64,000 nt of DNA from Chiloscyllium plagiosum (Eukaryota): contig NC_057758.1 in NCBI RefSeq assembly GCF_004010195.1, forward strand, positions 8,106,748 to 8,170,747. Reading direction: 5' to 3'. Shown piece by piece: positions 11,780 to 24,340 of the stretch. A program made the position numbers and the translations under genes. Every line of letters begins with the position of its first letter. Positions within the stretch are counted from its first letter, which is position 1. The notes beneath the pieces were generated by a model, which saw only the letters and a list, made by a program, of their open reading frames with translations, did no database searches and had not been told where the DNA came from.

Positions 11780-12484
11780 TTTTATTAGCGTAGGTTGGTT
11801 CTCTGTGTGTGAGTGTTTTCGTTGTGATCCTGCGTATGAGTTTGTGTGTGTTACCCTGTGTGTGTGGGTGAACGTGTGTGCTCGTGCATATGCGGTCAAA
11901 GTGTCTGCGTGCATATCTGTTTTTATCTTACGTGTGAATATGTGTCTGTCAATGTGTGTATGCATGCAAGTATTCCGTGTGCACCTGTTTTTATGACAGT
12001 AAATATGTGTGGCGTGTGTGCGTCTGCCTAGCTATTTAAGTACATATTTCGTGCACACTTTTTGCGTCCATATGTGTTTCTCTGTGCGTGCATGTCTGTG
12101 TGCGTGTGTGAGCTTATGCATGTTTGTCTGTGCGTGTGATTTTCAGTGTACGAGCAAATGTGCATTTGTGAGTGCTTGCGTGCTGATGCCTCTGCCAGAG
12201 TAGGTGTGTGGGTGTGTGGGTCACTTTGTTTATGAGTACATGTGTAATTCTCGCTGCGTGAATCTGCATATGATACTGCCCGTGTCTGAATTTTTGAGGG
12301 TAAATCCGTGTGTATCTGTGCATGAATGCTTACGTGCAGATATGCTATTCTACGTGTATTTGGTCGTGTGTGTGTATCCACGGTTTTTGAGCATGTGTAT
12401 GTGTGTGTACGTCAGCATGCATAAGTATGTGTTTGTGTGAGTGTCTATGTGTGCACGTTTGTGTGTGTTTTTGTGTGTGTGTGA

Positions 12485-12518
<34 letters not shown>

Positions 12519-12550
12519 GTGATTGCTGAGAGCGTGTGTGTGTCACACAA
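11780..12550. repeat. Degenerate (TG)n-rich tract (paralog at ~25470-26210)
   Basis: TG-rich low-complexity sequence. Confidence 0.9.
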
Positions 12551-12859
12551 TTTGTCTTACCCACAGTGGGTTTATTTTGGAATTATTAGCAGCAAAATTG
12601 TTTAAAGCGTTTCCAACATTCAGGTCGTTAATAACACAGCAAAAAATCAAGTGGGAAAGAAAACTATTTGTTCTTAAGTCTTAGTTTCTTTGTGTTGGTA
12701 GTCTGGCACTTCTGATGAAGGAGTAACATCATGTTTTCTTTTCTTTAACGGTAACACTTTATAAATAATCAGAGGACAGATTGAGGTCAGTCATCCCCTG
12801 AGTTGCATCTTCCACTTGGTAAGGTTTACTGCTTCAATTCAATCCATTGACATCTCAAG

Positions 12860-13200
12860 GAATCGTTCATGGGATGCAAGCGAGGTTGGGAAAACCAATA
12901 TTTGCTGCCCAACTCAATTCGTTGAAAGGACACTTATGAGTCAGCCACAATACTGTGAACCTGGAGTCACACATAAATCAGATCAGGTAAGTGCTACAGA
13001 TTTCCTTCCTGAAAGAACATTCACGAAATCGATATTTGCTTCTTCCACACTCATCAACGCCCAAATAATCAATTTCCATACATGGCACGAGACTGTTTGA
13101 ATATGATTCAAATGTCTCATTCTGCAAATTCAAAAGCAGCTCTTCAGAGCTTGATATTAGTGGTTCTGAATTGTGAGTCCAGTGCTAGACACCCAGCCCA
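12860..13200 (-). mobile_element. Old chondrichthyan SINE remnant (paralog at ~26530-26860)
   Basis: GGAGTCACACAT...CAGGTAAG...CAGATTTCCTTCCT resembles the reverse of an abundant shark tRNA-derived SINE. Family name uncertain. Confidence 0.5.
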
Positions 13201-14059
13201 AAGTCTCGTCACTGTGCATTTGAGGAAACATTGCAGGTTTTTCCAATAAGTGAGCCATACACTTGAGATTTAACGCATTTTGTTACAGGCGTTGTATTCG
13301 GTTGTTTTAAACAGTGTGTTGTGCAGAAATGGTGCTTTCAATCGCTACGAGTTTTCAGGGAGTGTAAGAGGTGACTTTGGGTGTTAGAGGTTGGGCAAAG
13401 CAAAACCATTGGAATTGGCAGATAAGTGGAGTTGTCATTGGCAGTGAGAAAAGGAGAAGCAATTACATAAATAACTGTTAATTTATACGGAGTGGAAATG
13501 TCATTAGAGTGTTTGGAAATGGCTTGAGCTCAATTGCAGATAAAGAAGGTTGAACATGAAAGGAACTGAAACAGATGGAATTACGGATGAAACCAGAGGA
13601 AAGAGAAGAGAAAATAATTGCTTCGGCAAAACAAAAAGAACGGAGAGAATCGCCTTGGCAGAAAGAAAGGAAAATGTAAATCATTGATTTATACAGTCCT
13701 TTCCAATGGAGACAGGCACTTTGGCTCAAAGTGGTCCATGCCGATCAAAACGTCCATCCACATGAATCCCATTTCCTAGCAAATGGCACTAATACTTATC
13801 AAACTTTCCTGTTCATTTATTTGTCCAAACGCCTTTGAAATGTTGTTAATGTCCTCGCTGCTAACACCTCCGATATCAGATTATTCCAATAAGTACCATT
13901 TTATGTGGTAAAAATGTTGCCATAATGTTTCTTTTCTTTTATTCTTTCCACCCCAACCTTACACTGATACTCTCTCATCCTCTATTTACCTATCTTTGGA
14001 AAAAAGAGTGAGTGTATTCGCCCTATCAATGTAGTCAACTTCCTACATTCCACAGAACA

Positions 14060-17000
14060 ATGCCGGTTTGGATTTCGGGTGAGATTCGGATGGATAGGTG
14101 ATGAAACTTTTGAAATCGACATTGAAACCCTATGGTTGGAGGTTTAAAAGGGGAACGTGAGTCTCTCTTCCTCTCGGTCTTGGGTGGCTAATATTTTGTG
14201 ATACGTGAGGTCCAGAACTTGCATGTTCTTGGCTGAATGGGAGGTGGGAGTTGAAATTATCGGCCACAGACTGTGGGGCTGTTCGGTGCGTGTGTTCCGG
14301 AGGTATTCTCAGAATTGTTCCATGACTTGGTTAACTCTTGGTAGCCAAAACTGAGCAACCCGACGTCTGGAGGAAGAAAGTCTCAACTGCTCCTTGAGGC
14401 TGCCTAACCACACAGCAGAAACGTTGATATCACCAGTTTCCTAATCTCTCCTGAACCCACTTCATATTAACCCAACTCCCCAACCCGGCACTGTCCATTG
14501 AAATTTACTTCTCCCTTCCCACCTATCCGGACCACGCGACGCTCCGCTCTGTCAGCATCTACCCCACATGCAAATACCTATCGCCTTCCAGTCTAATGCT
14601 CCCCAAGGTGCCACCCCATCTAATTGAATTTCCTACCTTTCCCCCCTCCATTCCTGATGAAGCTCTCATGCCCAAAATTTGAACTGTCCTGCTCCTCCGA
14701 TACTGCCTGACGTACTGTGCTTTCTCAGTGGCACATGTTTCGATTCTGATCTCCTCCATCTGCAAGTCCAATTTTTCACCAAGTCGTTATTACTTTACTG
14801 GAACGGCTCTTCGAAGGATGCCCATCCCTAAGAAATTCTCCTCGTTCTACCATAGGGATCTCAGTGAATCTCTGTCTCACTGCACACACCAGATGTTTGT
14901 TCTGCCCGGAAGCTTTTCAGCCACGTGCTGAAGCAATTGTGTAAGCTCAGATTTGCTCAGCACTTGCCTAAGATATGGACTGATTCCACGTGGACTCCTG
15001 TCTCTATTCAAAACTGACAAGCACTGCCACAATCAACAGCTAATCCAAAACTTCCATAAAATGTTCTTCCTCTGGATTCTCCACTCCACCCTCACATGTA
15101 TTCTCGCTGCGGTGAGCTCTTCCACAGTTAGGACCGCACTCTCCAAATCCAGCAAAGGAGCTTTGCTGCTCTTCACACTGAGAAGATTCCACGCACATTT
15201 CAGACAATTTAATCCCAGTACATTAGACATCAAGGAACTTAAATGCAACATACTCTCGCATACATGGCTCCCAACATCGGATTCCTAAATTAATACAGAA
15301 CCTTCTCCAGGCCTTTGGCACCGCTCGGACGCCAGGAGCCAAGTGACCGCAACAGTCACCACTAGAACGACCATCACCAAAACCATAAAGACGGCGCGAT
15401 GCATTAATGGAACCACCATAGTTGCCACTAGCTTACCCACTTCCAGGCTCACCGATGCCAATTACCTGACCTAATGGCACGAACACCCAGCCACCATCGA
15501 AGACACAGCAGTGGTCAAACAGAACGTCACTTCTGCTCCGACAGATTCCAACAATGCAAGGCGTCCACTCCCATGAAACCCACGGGGTACATCCCGTTGT
15601 GCGGTGACATCACGCACGATAAAAACATGAAACACACTCGAAGAAGATTCTCCGCCCACACTCTTAATTCTAGTTGGACGCCAGGTACAAGTCCCCAGTC
15701 CCACCATGATTTTACCATCCCTCAAGACTGCCCTCTACCTGAGGATGAACGATCAGTCCTCACCCTCATCCCACTATGCTCGTGGCATAATGAGGTCCCC
15801 TGCCTTCGGACATCGAATATTTCTTCCACCCTGCTTCTATGCTTACTATTTCCATCAGGAGGCCCACCCACCTTCCAATGACCCCTTCTCCCGCCTCCAA
15901 ATTATCCAATTCACTCGCCCATATCTTCTCGGTCTGTTACCCCCTCTGGGTCTCTGCATCTTCAACTGCTGTCGTGACATCGACCACATCTATATGTCCA
16001 GCCCTTTCACCCTCTACAAGCCACCATCTTTGCAAAGCAAAGGCAGCCACTCACTCCACTAAAGTCCCAACATTATCATCCAAACAGCGGACAATCACTA
16101 CTGGTTTGGCATACCGAACTGTACAGTACAGAAGTCAGGCATCAATTCACTGACACCTCGTCCTACTGTCCCCTCGACCATGATTTCCTATCACCAAACC
16201 GTCATCTATCAGAATAATTGGCAACGTCATCACCTCTGGGGAGTTCGTACCCACGCGCTCCAATCTCAAAGCCCAGGAAGCCCCCAACACCTCGTGCGAG
16301 ATCTGAACCAAAATTCATAAAACCTACTGCCCTGGTCCAACCATCATCTCCGCTTTCTCCTGACAGACCGAATCTATCTCATCATTCCATGACACCATTC
16401 TATCCCCCTTGGTCCAGGAACTCCCCATATGCATTCAGGCTACCACACACTTCCCCGAATTCTCCATGACTTTCATTTCCCCGGTCCCCTACGCCTTATA
16501 TTCACCATGGACAGCCAGTCCCTGTACACATCCATCTGCCAACATGCCCTCAATTTCTTGTTCATCCGCTATCCCAACCCGTACCATTCCAACGGAACCC
16601 TAAAATTATTTGTTCCACTAGCCCCCTCACTCAAAACATCAACTTCGAATCGTCACACTTCCATCAGACAAAGGGTGGAGCCGTGGCCACCCGCTTGGTC
16701 GCCGGCTGTGCCTGTTTCTTTGTCGGATATGTGGAACAGTCCATTTTCCGCAGTTACATGGGCACTAGTCCAAATATACTCCTCCGCTAAATGGATGACT
16801 GAATCAACATTAACTCGTGTTCCCACGAGGAGGTTCAACTGTTCCTCAACTTCACAATAAACTTCATGACCACCAGCAATACCCCCTCCACATCTGGAAC
16901 CTTCCCTTGCCTGTGCAAAAGTTGTAACCCTGCGAACACAGATGGGACTTTATCTCCATCCAAGACGCCAAAATATCCTGTCACATCTGCCAGATATTTT

Positions 17001-17610
17001 CCCGTACATTTCAATCGCAAATGTACTGTGTCCATTGCTCTAAATTTCGTCTCCTCGAATATGCAGAAAGAGGACACCATATTACAGAACATTTCAGAAT
17101 CCATCTCGGTAATCCCACCACCTTGTGGCTGACCGTTTCAACTCTCCCTTCCACACTGCCAGGGATATGTTTATTCTGGCAATCTACCATCGCTAAATCC
17201 TAGCTAACGATGCCTGGACGATGAACGTCGCATTTCCCGTCTAGTGGCACGGCAAACACATGTAATCAATGTGTATCTGACCAGCTTCGTTATATCCCAT
17301 TCCTATCCTCCATCATCCCAGATCTTCCCGTCAAACATGGCACTGTCCTCTTGAACTGGGATACTATGTGTATGTTCCTTAAGACTTATCTGCTCTGCCG
17401 TTCGCTCCAACTTATCAACATCACCATTCACCTGTATCTTCCCATCGCCTTCCAAGCTACTTTACCCCTAACCGCAGCCCCTCCTATTTACCTGTCAGTC
17501 CTTCCACACCACACATTCTTGATGAACGGATTATGCTCGAAACATTGACCCTCCTGCTCCTTAGAGGCTGCATGGCATGTTGTGCTTTTCCAGCGGCAAA
17601 CTATCCGAAG
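14060..17610 (+). mobile_element. Degenerate Penelope-like element, pLTR-ORF-pLTR with an inverted 5' piece
   Basis: RT motif TMDSQSLYTSI and a Cys-rich GIY-YIG region (CLCKSC). Decayed HHR-bearing pLTRs at ~14651-14683 and ~17517-17548. 14060-14330 appears to be a reverse-oriented fragment. Confidence 0.8.
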
Positions 17611-18799
17611 TCTTTACTCATGGCTCACGCTGACTAAGGTCACTTTGCCAAACATCTTCTGCACTGCCCTGTCAACATTTGACTTCACTTTCAGGAAAAT
17701 GTACATCTGATCACCAAGGTACTCCTGTTCTACTCCATCCCTTGAGGCCCGAACATTCATCATGAAACTTCCACTTTGACTTAACTATCCAAAATGCAGG
17801 ATCTGAGGCATGTCTTTACGAAACACTCATTTCCCCAACAGATCAAGGTACTGCTGCAATTTTTGATAACCTTTCTCACCTTTCTAAGATACCGCCTATT
17901 TTAGTGTTATAAACAAACTTACTTATATTGCCTTGTGCATTGTTCCAGGGAACTGGAGCTGGAGCTTGATGAACTACGGATCATCTGGGAGACTGAGGGA
18001 GAAATTGAGAATGTACAGAGAGGTGGTCACTCCGCAGACGCAGGATATGGACTGCTGGGTTACAGTCAGGGGGAGGAAAGGGAACCGAAGGTCAGAGCAG
18101 GGATCCCCTGTGGCCGATTCCCTAAGCAAAACGTATACCGTTTTGGGTACAGCTGGTGGGGACGACCTACCAGCGGAAAGCCATAGTTTCCATATTTCCG
18201 AGATGCCGTACAATGTGGAAACAGGCCCTTCGGCCGACAACAAATCGAAAAATTCCACATACCGTTCTCCCTCCGAATTCTCCACTCCACACTTGCACCT
18301 TCTCTTCCTGCAGTCAGCCCTTCCACAGTTTGTGTCTCACTCTCTCAGCCCGCAAAGGACTTCTGCTGTTCTTCACACGGCGAAGAATCCATGCACATTT
18401 CAGACACTTCTTTCCCAGATTATTGAACATCATGGAACTAAAATGGAACACAATATCGCATATATGCCTCCAAATATCGGATTCTCTAGTTAACACAGAA
18501 CCCTCTCCTGGCCTTTGGAACTGCTCGGACGCCGTGAGCCAAGTGGCCACTAAAGCCACGACCAGAAATATCACCACCAAAACCACAAATATCTCAATTC
18601 GACCACCATTTTCTCTTCTTGCCGTTTGGCACTGAGCCTGGCACTGTGAATCAGAAGGCAAGGGCTGAGAATTGAAAATGGCTAGTGATAGGGGACTCAA
18701 TAGTTAGGATAAAGTGAGGTCTGCAGATGCTGGAGATCAGAGCTGGAAATGTGTTGCTGGAAAAGCGCAGCAGGTCATGCAGCATCCAGGGAACAGGAG

Positions 18800-18835
18800 A
18801 ATCGACGTTTCGGGCATAAGCCCTTCTTCAGGAAT
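18800..18835 (-). ncRNA. Minimal type I hammerhead ribozyme (core intact)
   Basis: Reverse strand reads ATTC CTGAAGA A GGGC TTAT GCCC GAAA C GTC GATT. Confidence 0.8.
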
Positions 18836-19483
18836 GAGGAACGTTTGTCCAGCAGGCTAAGATAAAAGGTAGGGAGGATGGACTTGGGGGAGGGGCGGCG
18901 GAAATGTGATAGGTGGAAAGAGGTCAAGGTGAGGGTGATAGGTCANNNNNNNNNNNNNNNNNNNNNNNNNNNNNNNNNNNNNNNNNNNNNNNNNNNNNNN
19001 NNNNNNNNNNNNNNNNNNNNNNNNNNNNNNNNNNNNNNNNNNNNNNNNNNNNNNNNNNNNNNNNNNNNNNNNNNNNNNNNNNNNNNNNNNNNNNNNNNNN
19101 NNNNNNNNNNNNNNNNNNNNNNNNNNNNNNNNNNNNNNNNNNNNNNNNNNNNNNNNNNNNNNNNNNNNNNNNNNNNNNNNNNNNNNNNNNNNNNNNNNNN
19201 NNNNNNNNNNNNNNNNNNNNNNNNNNNNNNNNNNNNNNNNNNNNNNNNNNNNNNNNNNNNNNNNNNNNNNNNNNNNNNNNNNNNNNNNNNNNNNNNNNNN
19301 NNNNNNNNNNNNNNNNNNNNNNNNNNNNNNNNNNNNNNNNNNNNNNNNNNNNNNNNNNNNNNNNNNNNNNNTCTGACCTATCACCCTCACCTTGACCTCT
19401 TTCCACCTATCACATTTCCGACGCCCCTCCCCCAAGTCCATCCTCCCTACCTTTTATCTTAGCCTGCTGGACAAACGTTCCTC

Positions 19484-19519
19484 ATTCCTGAAGAAGGGCT
19501 TATGCCCGAAACGTCGATT
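19484..19519 (+). ncRNA. Minimal type I hammerhead ribozyme (core intact)
   Basis: ATTC CTGAAGA A GGGC TTAT GCCC GAAA C GTC GATT. Predicted cleavage is after GUC (19515). Stem III is reduced to palindromic ACGT. Confidence 0.8.
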
Positions 19520-19657
19520 CTCCTGTTCCCTGGATGCTGCATGACCTGCTGCGCTTTTCCAGCAACACATTTCCGACTCAATAGTTAGACCAATTGACAG
19601 GTAATATTGTGGTCAGGAACGGGACTCCTGGAAGGTATGTTGCCTCCCCAGTGTCAG

Positions 19658-19826
19658 GAAAAGCGCAGCAAGTCAGGCAGCATCCAAGGAACAGGGGAAT
19701 CGACGTTTCGAGCATAAGCCCGCCCGAAACGTCGATTCTCCTGTTCCTTGGATGCTGCCTGACCTGCTGCGCTTTTCCAGCAACACACTTTCAGCTCTGA
19801 TCTCCAGCATCTGCAGCCCTCACTTT
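19658..19826. mobile_element. 169-bp fold-back PLE mini-element with a 14-bp TSD
   Basis: Arm 19658-19713 is the reverse complement of ~19722-19777. TSD is CTCCCCAGTGTCAG (19644-19657) / CTCCCCTGTGTCAG (19827-19840). Absent from the paralog at ~32372-32385. Confidence 0.88.
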
Positions 19827-22800
19827 CTCCCCTGTGTCAGTGTCCGGGTTGTCGCCGATTGCTTGAACAGGATTCTGAAGGGGGAGGGTGTGCAGGCAGA
19901 AATCTTGAGAGATACTGGCACTGTGACGTAGCCAGAGAACGGATAGAGGATCTGAAAATTGGCTACAGAGAGTTAGGTTGGAAGCTGAAAAGCAGGAAGT
20001 GGAGTAGTGAGGTGAGGAAGAGCCAGCGACTGTAGCTTAACACGTGGCTGCGAGTTTGTTGCTGGAGTAAGGGCTTCAGATACCTAGACCATTTTGATAC
20101 CTTCTGGAAAAGGTAAGATCTGTACATGAAGAATATGTCGCACCTGAACTGGAGGGGCACAAATGTCCTGGGTGGAAGAATTGCTCGTGTGATTCAGGAG
20201 CGTTTAAACTAGTTTGGCAGTGGAGTGGGAAGCAGAGCCACGTATCTGAGAGGGGTACAGTTGCTGATGGGGCAGTGACAGGATGTAGTGAATCTATCGG
20301 GAATGTTTCTCACGCGTCGATACAAAATGATCGATTAAAGGGTGCCTGCATTAATGCAAAGATAGACAGAAATAAGAGTGTCAAACTTATAGCATGGATC
20401 AGTACTTGTGTACATACACAGACGTGGGTTTCACAGCGGAAGGAATGGTTGTTTGATGTTCCCGGTTTAGAACGTTGAAAAAGAGCGGGGAGGATGGAAA
20501 AAGAGGAGGGGTTGGAGCTTTGCTAGGCAGAGAGTGCATCACAGCTCCCGAAAGGAAGGTTGTGAGGAAGGTTTGTCTACTGAGTCAGTATGGGTGGAAG
20601 TTAGGAACAGCAAGGCAACAGTCACCTCATTGGATGTTTTCCGCAGATCACCTAATATCAGTAGAGAGATTGAAGATCTTATAGGCGGGCAGAATCTGGA
20701 AAAATGCAGATGTAGCAGGGTTGATGTTAAGAATGATTTCAACTTTCCCAATATCGACTGGAACCTCCGAACTGCAAATAGTTTGGATGGAGCCGTTTTT
20801 GTCAGGTGTGTTCTGCAGGGTTTCCTTACATGGTATGTAGACAGACTGACGAGGGGAGAAGCCATTTTGCATTTGGTGCTCGGCAATAAGCCAGAACAGA
20901 TATCAGATCTCGCGGTGGGAGAATACTTTGACTACAGTTATCACAACTGCCTCACATTTACCATAGCCTTGGAGAGGCAAGGAGCAGTTACTGAGGGAAG
21001 ATCTTTAATTGGGAAAAAAACAAATTATGACGCCATCAGGCAAGAGTAGCGAAGTCCAGACTGGGAGCAATTGTTCCACAGACAGGGCACAGCAGACATG
21101 TGGAGACTATTGAAGGAGCAGTTGTTGCGAGTGGTGCACAAATTTGTTCCTCTGAGACAAGTAAGAAGGGGTAAGATAAAGGAACCTTGGATTAGAGAAT
21201 AGAGAAGCTTCTCATCGAAATGAAGAAAGCAAATTACATAAGGTGGAGGGAACAGGGATTTTCCACAGCTTTAGAGGATTACAGGCTTGCAAGAAAGGAG
21301 CTAAGAAATGGATTGAGGAGAGCCAGGAGGGGGTTTGTAAAATGATTGGCAAGAAGGATCAGGGAGAAGTCAAAGGCATTTTACTCATGTGTGAGGAATA
21401 AGAGAATGATTAGGAAGAAGGTCGAGCCGATCAGGAATCGTGGGAGAAATTGTGCGTGGAGTCAGAGCGGATTGGGGAGGCCCTAAATGTGTTTTTGCTC
21501 CGGTTTTCACTGAGGAAAGGGACCTTGTTGTAAATGAGAACTTTTAGGAGCTGGAATACAGGCTTGACTAGTTCAAGGTTGATGAAGTTGACGTGCTGAA
21601 AATTTCGGAAAACATTAAGATTGATAAGTCCCGAGGGTCAGACCAGACTTTTCCTGGGCTGCTCCGGGAAGCGAGGAGGGAGGTTTCTAAGCCGCTGGCA
21701 AAGATCACTGCTTCCTGAATCTCCACTGTACTCGTACTGGGGGATTGAACGGAGGCGAATGTTGTTCCACTTTTCATGAATGTAATACGGATATCCTTGG
21801 CAATTACAGACTGGTCAGTCTCACGTCTGTGGTCAGCAAACTTTTGGAAAGAATTTGTGACTATTTGACAAACCATAGCGTGATTAAAGGCAGTCAGCAT
21901 GACCTTGTGAGGGGCAGGTCATGCCTCACAAATCTTATTGAGTTCTCTGAGGAGTTGACAAGACAGGCCTACGAAGGTTGAGAAGTGAATGTGGTGTATG
22001 TGGACTTCAACAAGGCATTCCATAAGGATCTCCACGGTCGGCTCATTCACGAAATCAGGAAGTCTGGTATACAGTGACATTTGGCTATCTGTATTCAGAA
22101 CTGGTTGGCTGATAGAAGGCAGAGAGTGGTTGTAGATGGCAAGTATTCTGCCTGGAGGTTAGTGGAGTCCGTAAGGCTCTGTTTTTGGGCCTCTGTTTTT
22201 TGTTGTTTTTATAAATGACTTGGATGAGGAGGTTTAGGGATGGGTTAGTAAATTTGCAGACAACACAGAGTTTTGAGGTTCAATCGATTGTATCGAGGGT
22301 TCTTGTAGGCTGCAGCGCGACATAGACAGGACACGGAGCTGGACTGAGAAATGGCAGATGGAGTTCACCCTGGATAAATGCAAAGTGATGCATTTTGGAA
22401 GGTCAGACTCGAATGCTGAATCTCGGATTACTGATAGGATTCTCGGCAGTGTGGAGGAACAGAGGGATCCTGCTGTGCAAGTACAAAAATCCCTCACAGT
22501 TGCCACCCAAGTGGATAACGTAGTCAAGAAAGCATATGGTGTTTAGATTTCGATAACATGTCAATCGAGTTTAGGAGCCACGAGGTTTTGCTACACCTCG
22601 ACAAGATTATGGTGAAACCACCCTGGAATATTTCATCTAGTTCTGGCCGCCCTACTATAGGAAGGTTACAGAGGCTTTGAAAGGGTGCAAAGAAAGTTTA
22701 CCAGGCTGCTACCTGGACTGGAAGTCTGGCCTTATGGAGAGAGGTTAAATAAGCTCGGAACTTTCTCTCTGGAGAGAAGTAGAAAGAGAGGTGATCTGAT

Positions 22801-23429
22801 CGAGGTAGTAAAGATATTGAGAGGAATGGATAGAGTCAACAGCCAGAGACTTGTCCCCAGTGTGTAGGTTAAGTTATTATATTTTACGTTAGGATAAATC
22901 CTCGGCACAAAATCGTGGGCCAGAGGGCCTGTTCTGCGCTGTACTTTTCTATGCTCTGTTCCCAGCCAAATCATTGAAACAGACTTAAAAAACGCAATGC
23001 GGCAGACAAGCAGACAAGCATCCTCCCAATATTCTTCTATGTTTCGTCCAATGAAAACACTTACGTGTCCAATTTGCCAACTTTCCCTGGGTTCCATGCG
23101 ATCTAACCTTCCACAGCAACCTACTGTGTGGAACATTATCACTTTTTTACAACATCGAGAAAAGAACAAAGAACAAAGCACCAAAAGAACCGACACATCG
23201 GCCCTCTAAGTCTACAATGTCACATTTTGCCCATACCCAATAAAAGACTCTGCACCACAGGACACGTAGCCTTATATTCCCTTCCTATTAACATTTTCCT
23301 TGAGGTTCTTCTTGAATGCTGCTGTTGTGTCTGCATCCACGACATGGTCCTACAGCACGTTCGGGGCCATCACCTCAATTTCTGTCACCAACGGGGCCCT
23401 CAGTCACCAACACCACACCTCCCCCTCGC

Positions 23430-24340
23430 CCCGCAAACCCCACATTGGGACCTTAAAATGGCATATCATAGTTACAGACCCTTCCATCCTACGGAAAAAA
23501 AAACATACTTTATATTTTTCACTCTATTTCTGCCTTTTGCAATTTTACAAACGTCTTTAAGCTCGGCCTCCAATCTTCTGCGTTCCAGTGAAAACAAAGC
23601 CAATCTATCCAACCTTAGTTCGTAACTAAAGTACTGCTGGCCAGTTAACATCTTGATAAACCGTTTCTGGACCCTCTCCAATGTTTTCCTATCCTTCTGA
23701 AAGCGTGTTGACCAGAATATGATGCAATATTTCAAGTGGGAGCAAACGAAAGTTCGAAAAGCTGCAGCAATTGTTGCTTATTTTAATGCTCGATGTCTGT
23801 TCCAATGAAAATCAGACAGAAGTGTTTAATCCTGAAAAGTTAAGAAACTTACAACAACTCCAAGACTCTTTGTATGTAAAAGTGTTTTCTATTACCTCTC
23901 CCGACTGACCTGGTCTTAATTCTTAAAAGTTGATGTGGGTGTCACTGACTGAGTCCAGTACGTATTGCCTGTCCCGAGTTGGCCTTGAGAAGGTATTGAC
24001 GAGCTGTCTTATTGTATTGTTGTAGCTAATAAACTGTACATAGAACCACAAATCTGAGGGCGGGACGATCAAAATTTGGTCTCAGTGCATTTTTTTGCCT
24101 CAACGTCATGCTGTGGAAATTGCTTATTCTTGTCAATCCTGACACTCCCTGTTCTACATCGAGCAGACCTCAGTCACTTTATTCGATTACCTTCCATGTT
24201 CGAGAGAATGAATGTTTAATTTGCCGAATCTCTTCCTCGAATGGAATACCAGAAACCCTTGGATTATCCATGTAATCCTGCACTGCCCTCTCCAGGACCA
24301 AAACCTCCTTACGGAGGTCTGGTATCTTGATCTGTAGACT
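23430..24340 (-). mobile_element. CR1 LINE 3' fragments (paralogs at ~36000-36920 and, inverted, ~63420-64000)
   Basis: KYCIIFWS...LERVQKRF...LFSLERRRL, plus a second more decayed copy of the same region. Confidence 0.75.

Larger units (their letters stand above)
18708..19574. mobile_element. Young PLE insertion with inverted pLTR arms and a 14-bp TSD
   Basis: The arms on either side of the gap are near-perfect reverse complements. GACTCAATAGTTAG occurs at 18694-18707 and 19575-19588. The paralog at ~32303 is empty. Confidence 0.88.
17935..22960 (+). mobile_element. Near full-length degenerate CR1 LINE (ORF1 SGNH esterase; ORF2 APE and RT), interrupted by PLE insertions
   Basis: ORF1: ELELELDELRII, WVTVRGRKG, VIGDSIV. 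ORF2: ESVWVEVRN, DFNFPNIDW, NYRLVSLTS, RSCLTNLIEF, KFADNT, QRKFTRLLPG; followed by a 3' tail. Confidence 0.9.

Noticed and set aside
12712..12740. CTGATGA as a hammerhead core (also at ~26375 and ~40976)
   Set aside because: No closing stem II or GAAA follows.
18708..19826. Inverted repeats as terminal inverted repeats of a DNA transposon or classical MITE
   Set aside because: The arms are unequal in length, match PLE pLTR 3' ends elsewhere in the window (e.g. 8700-8815) and contain HHR motifs; no transposase is present.
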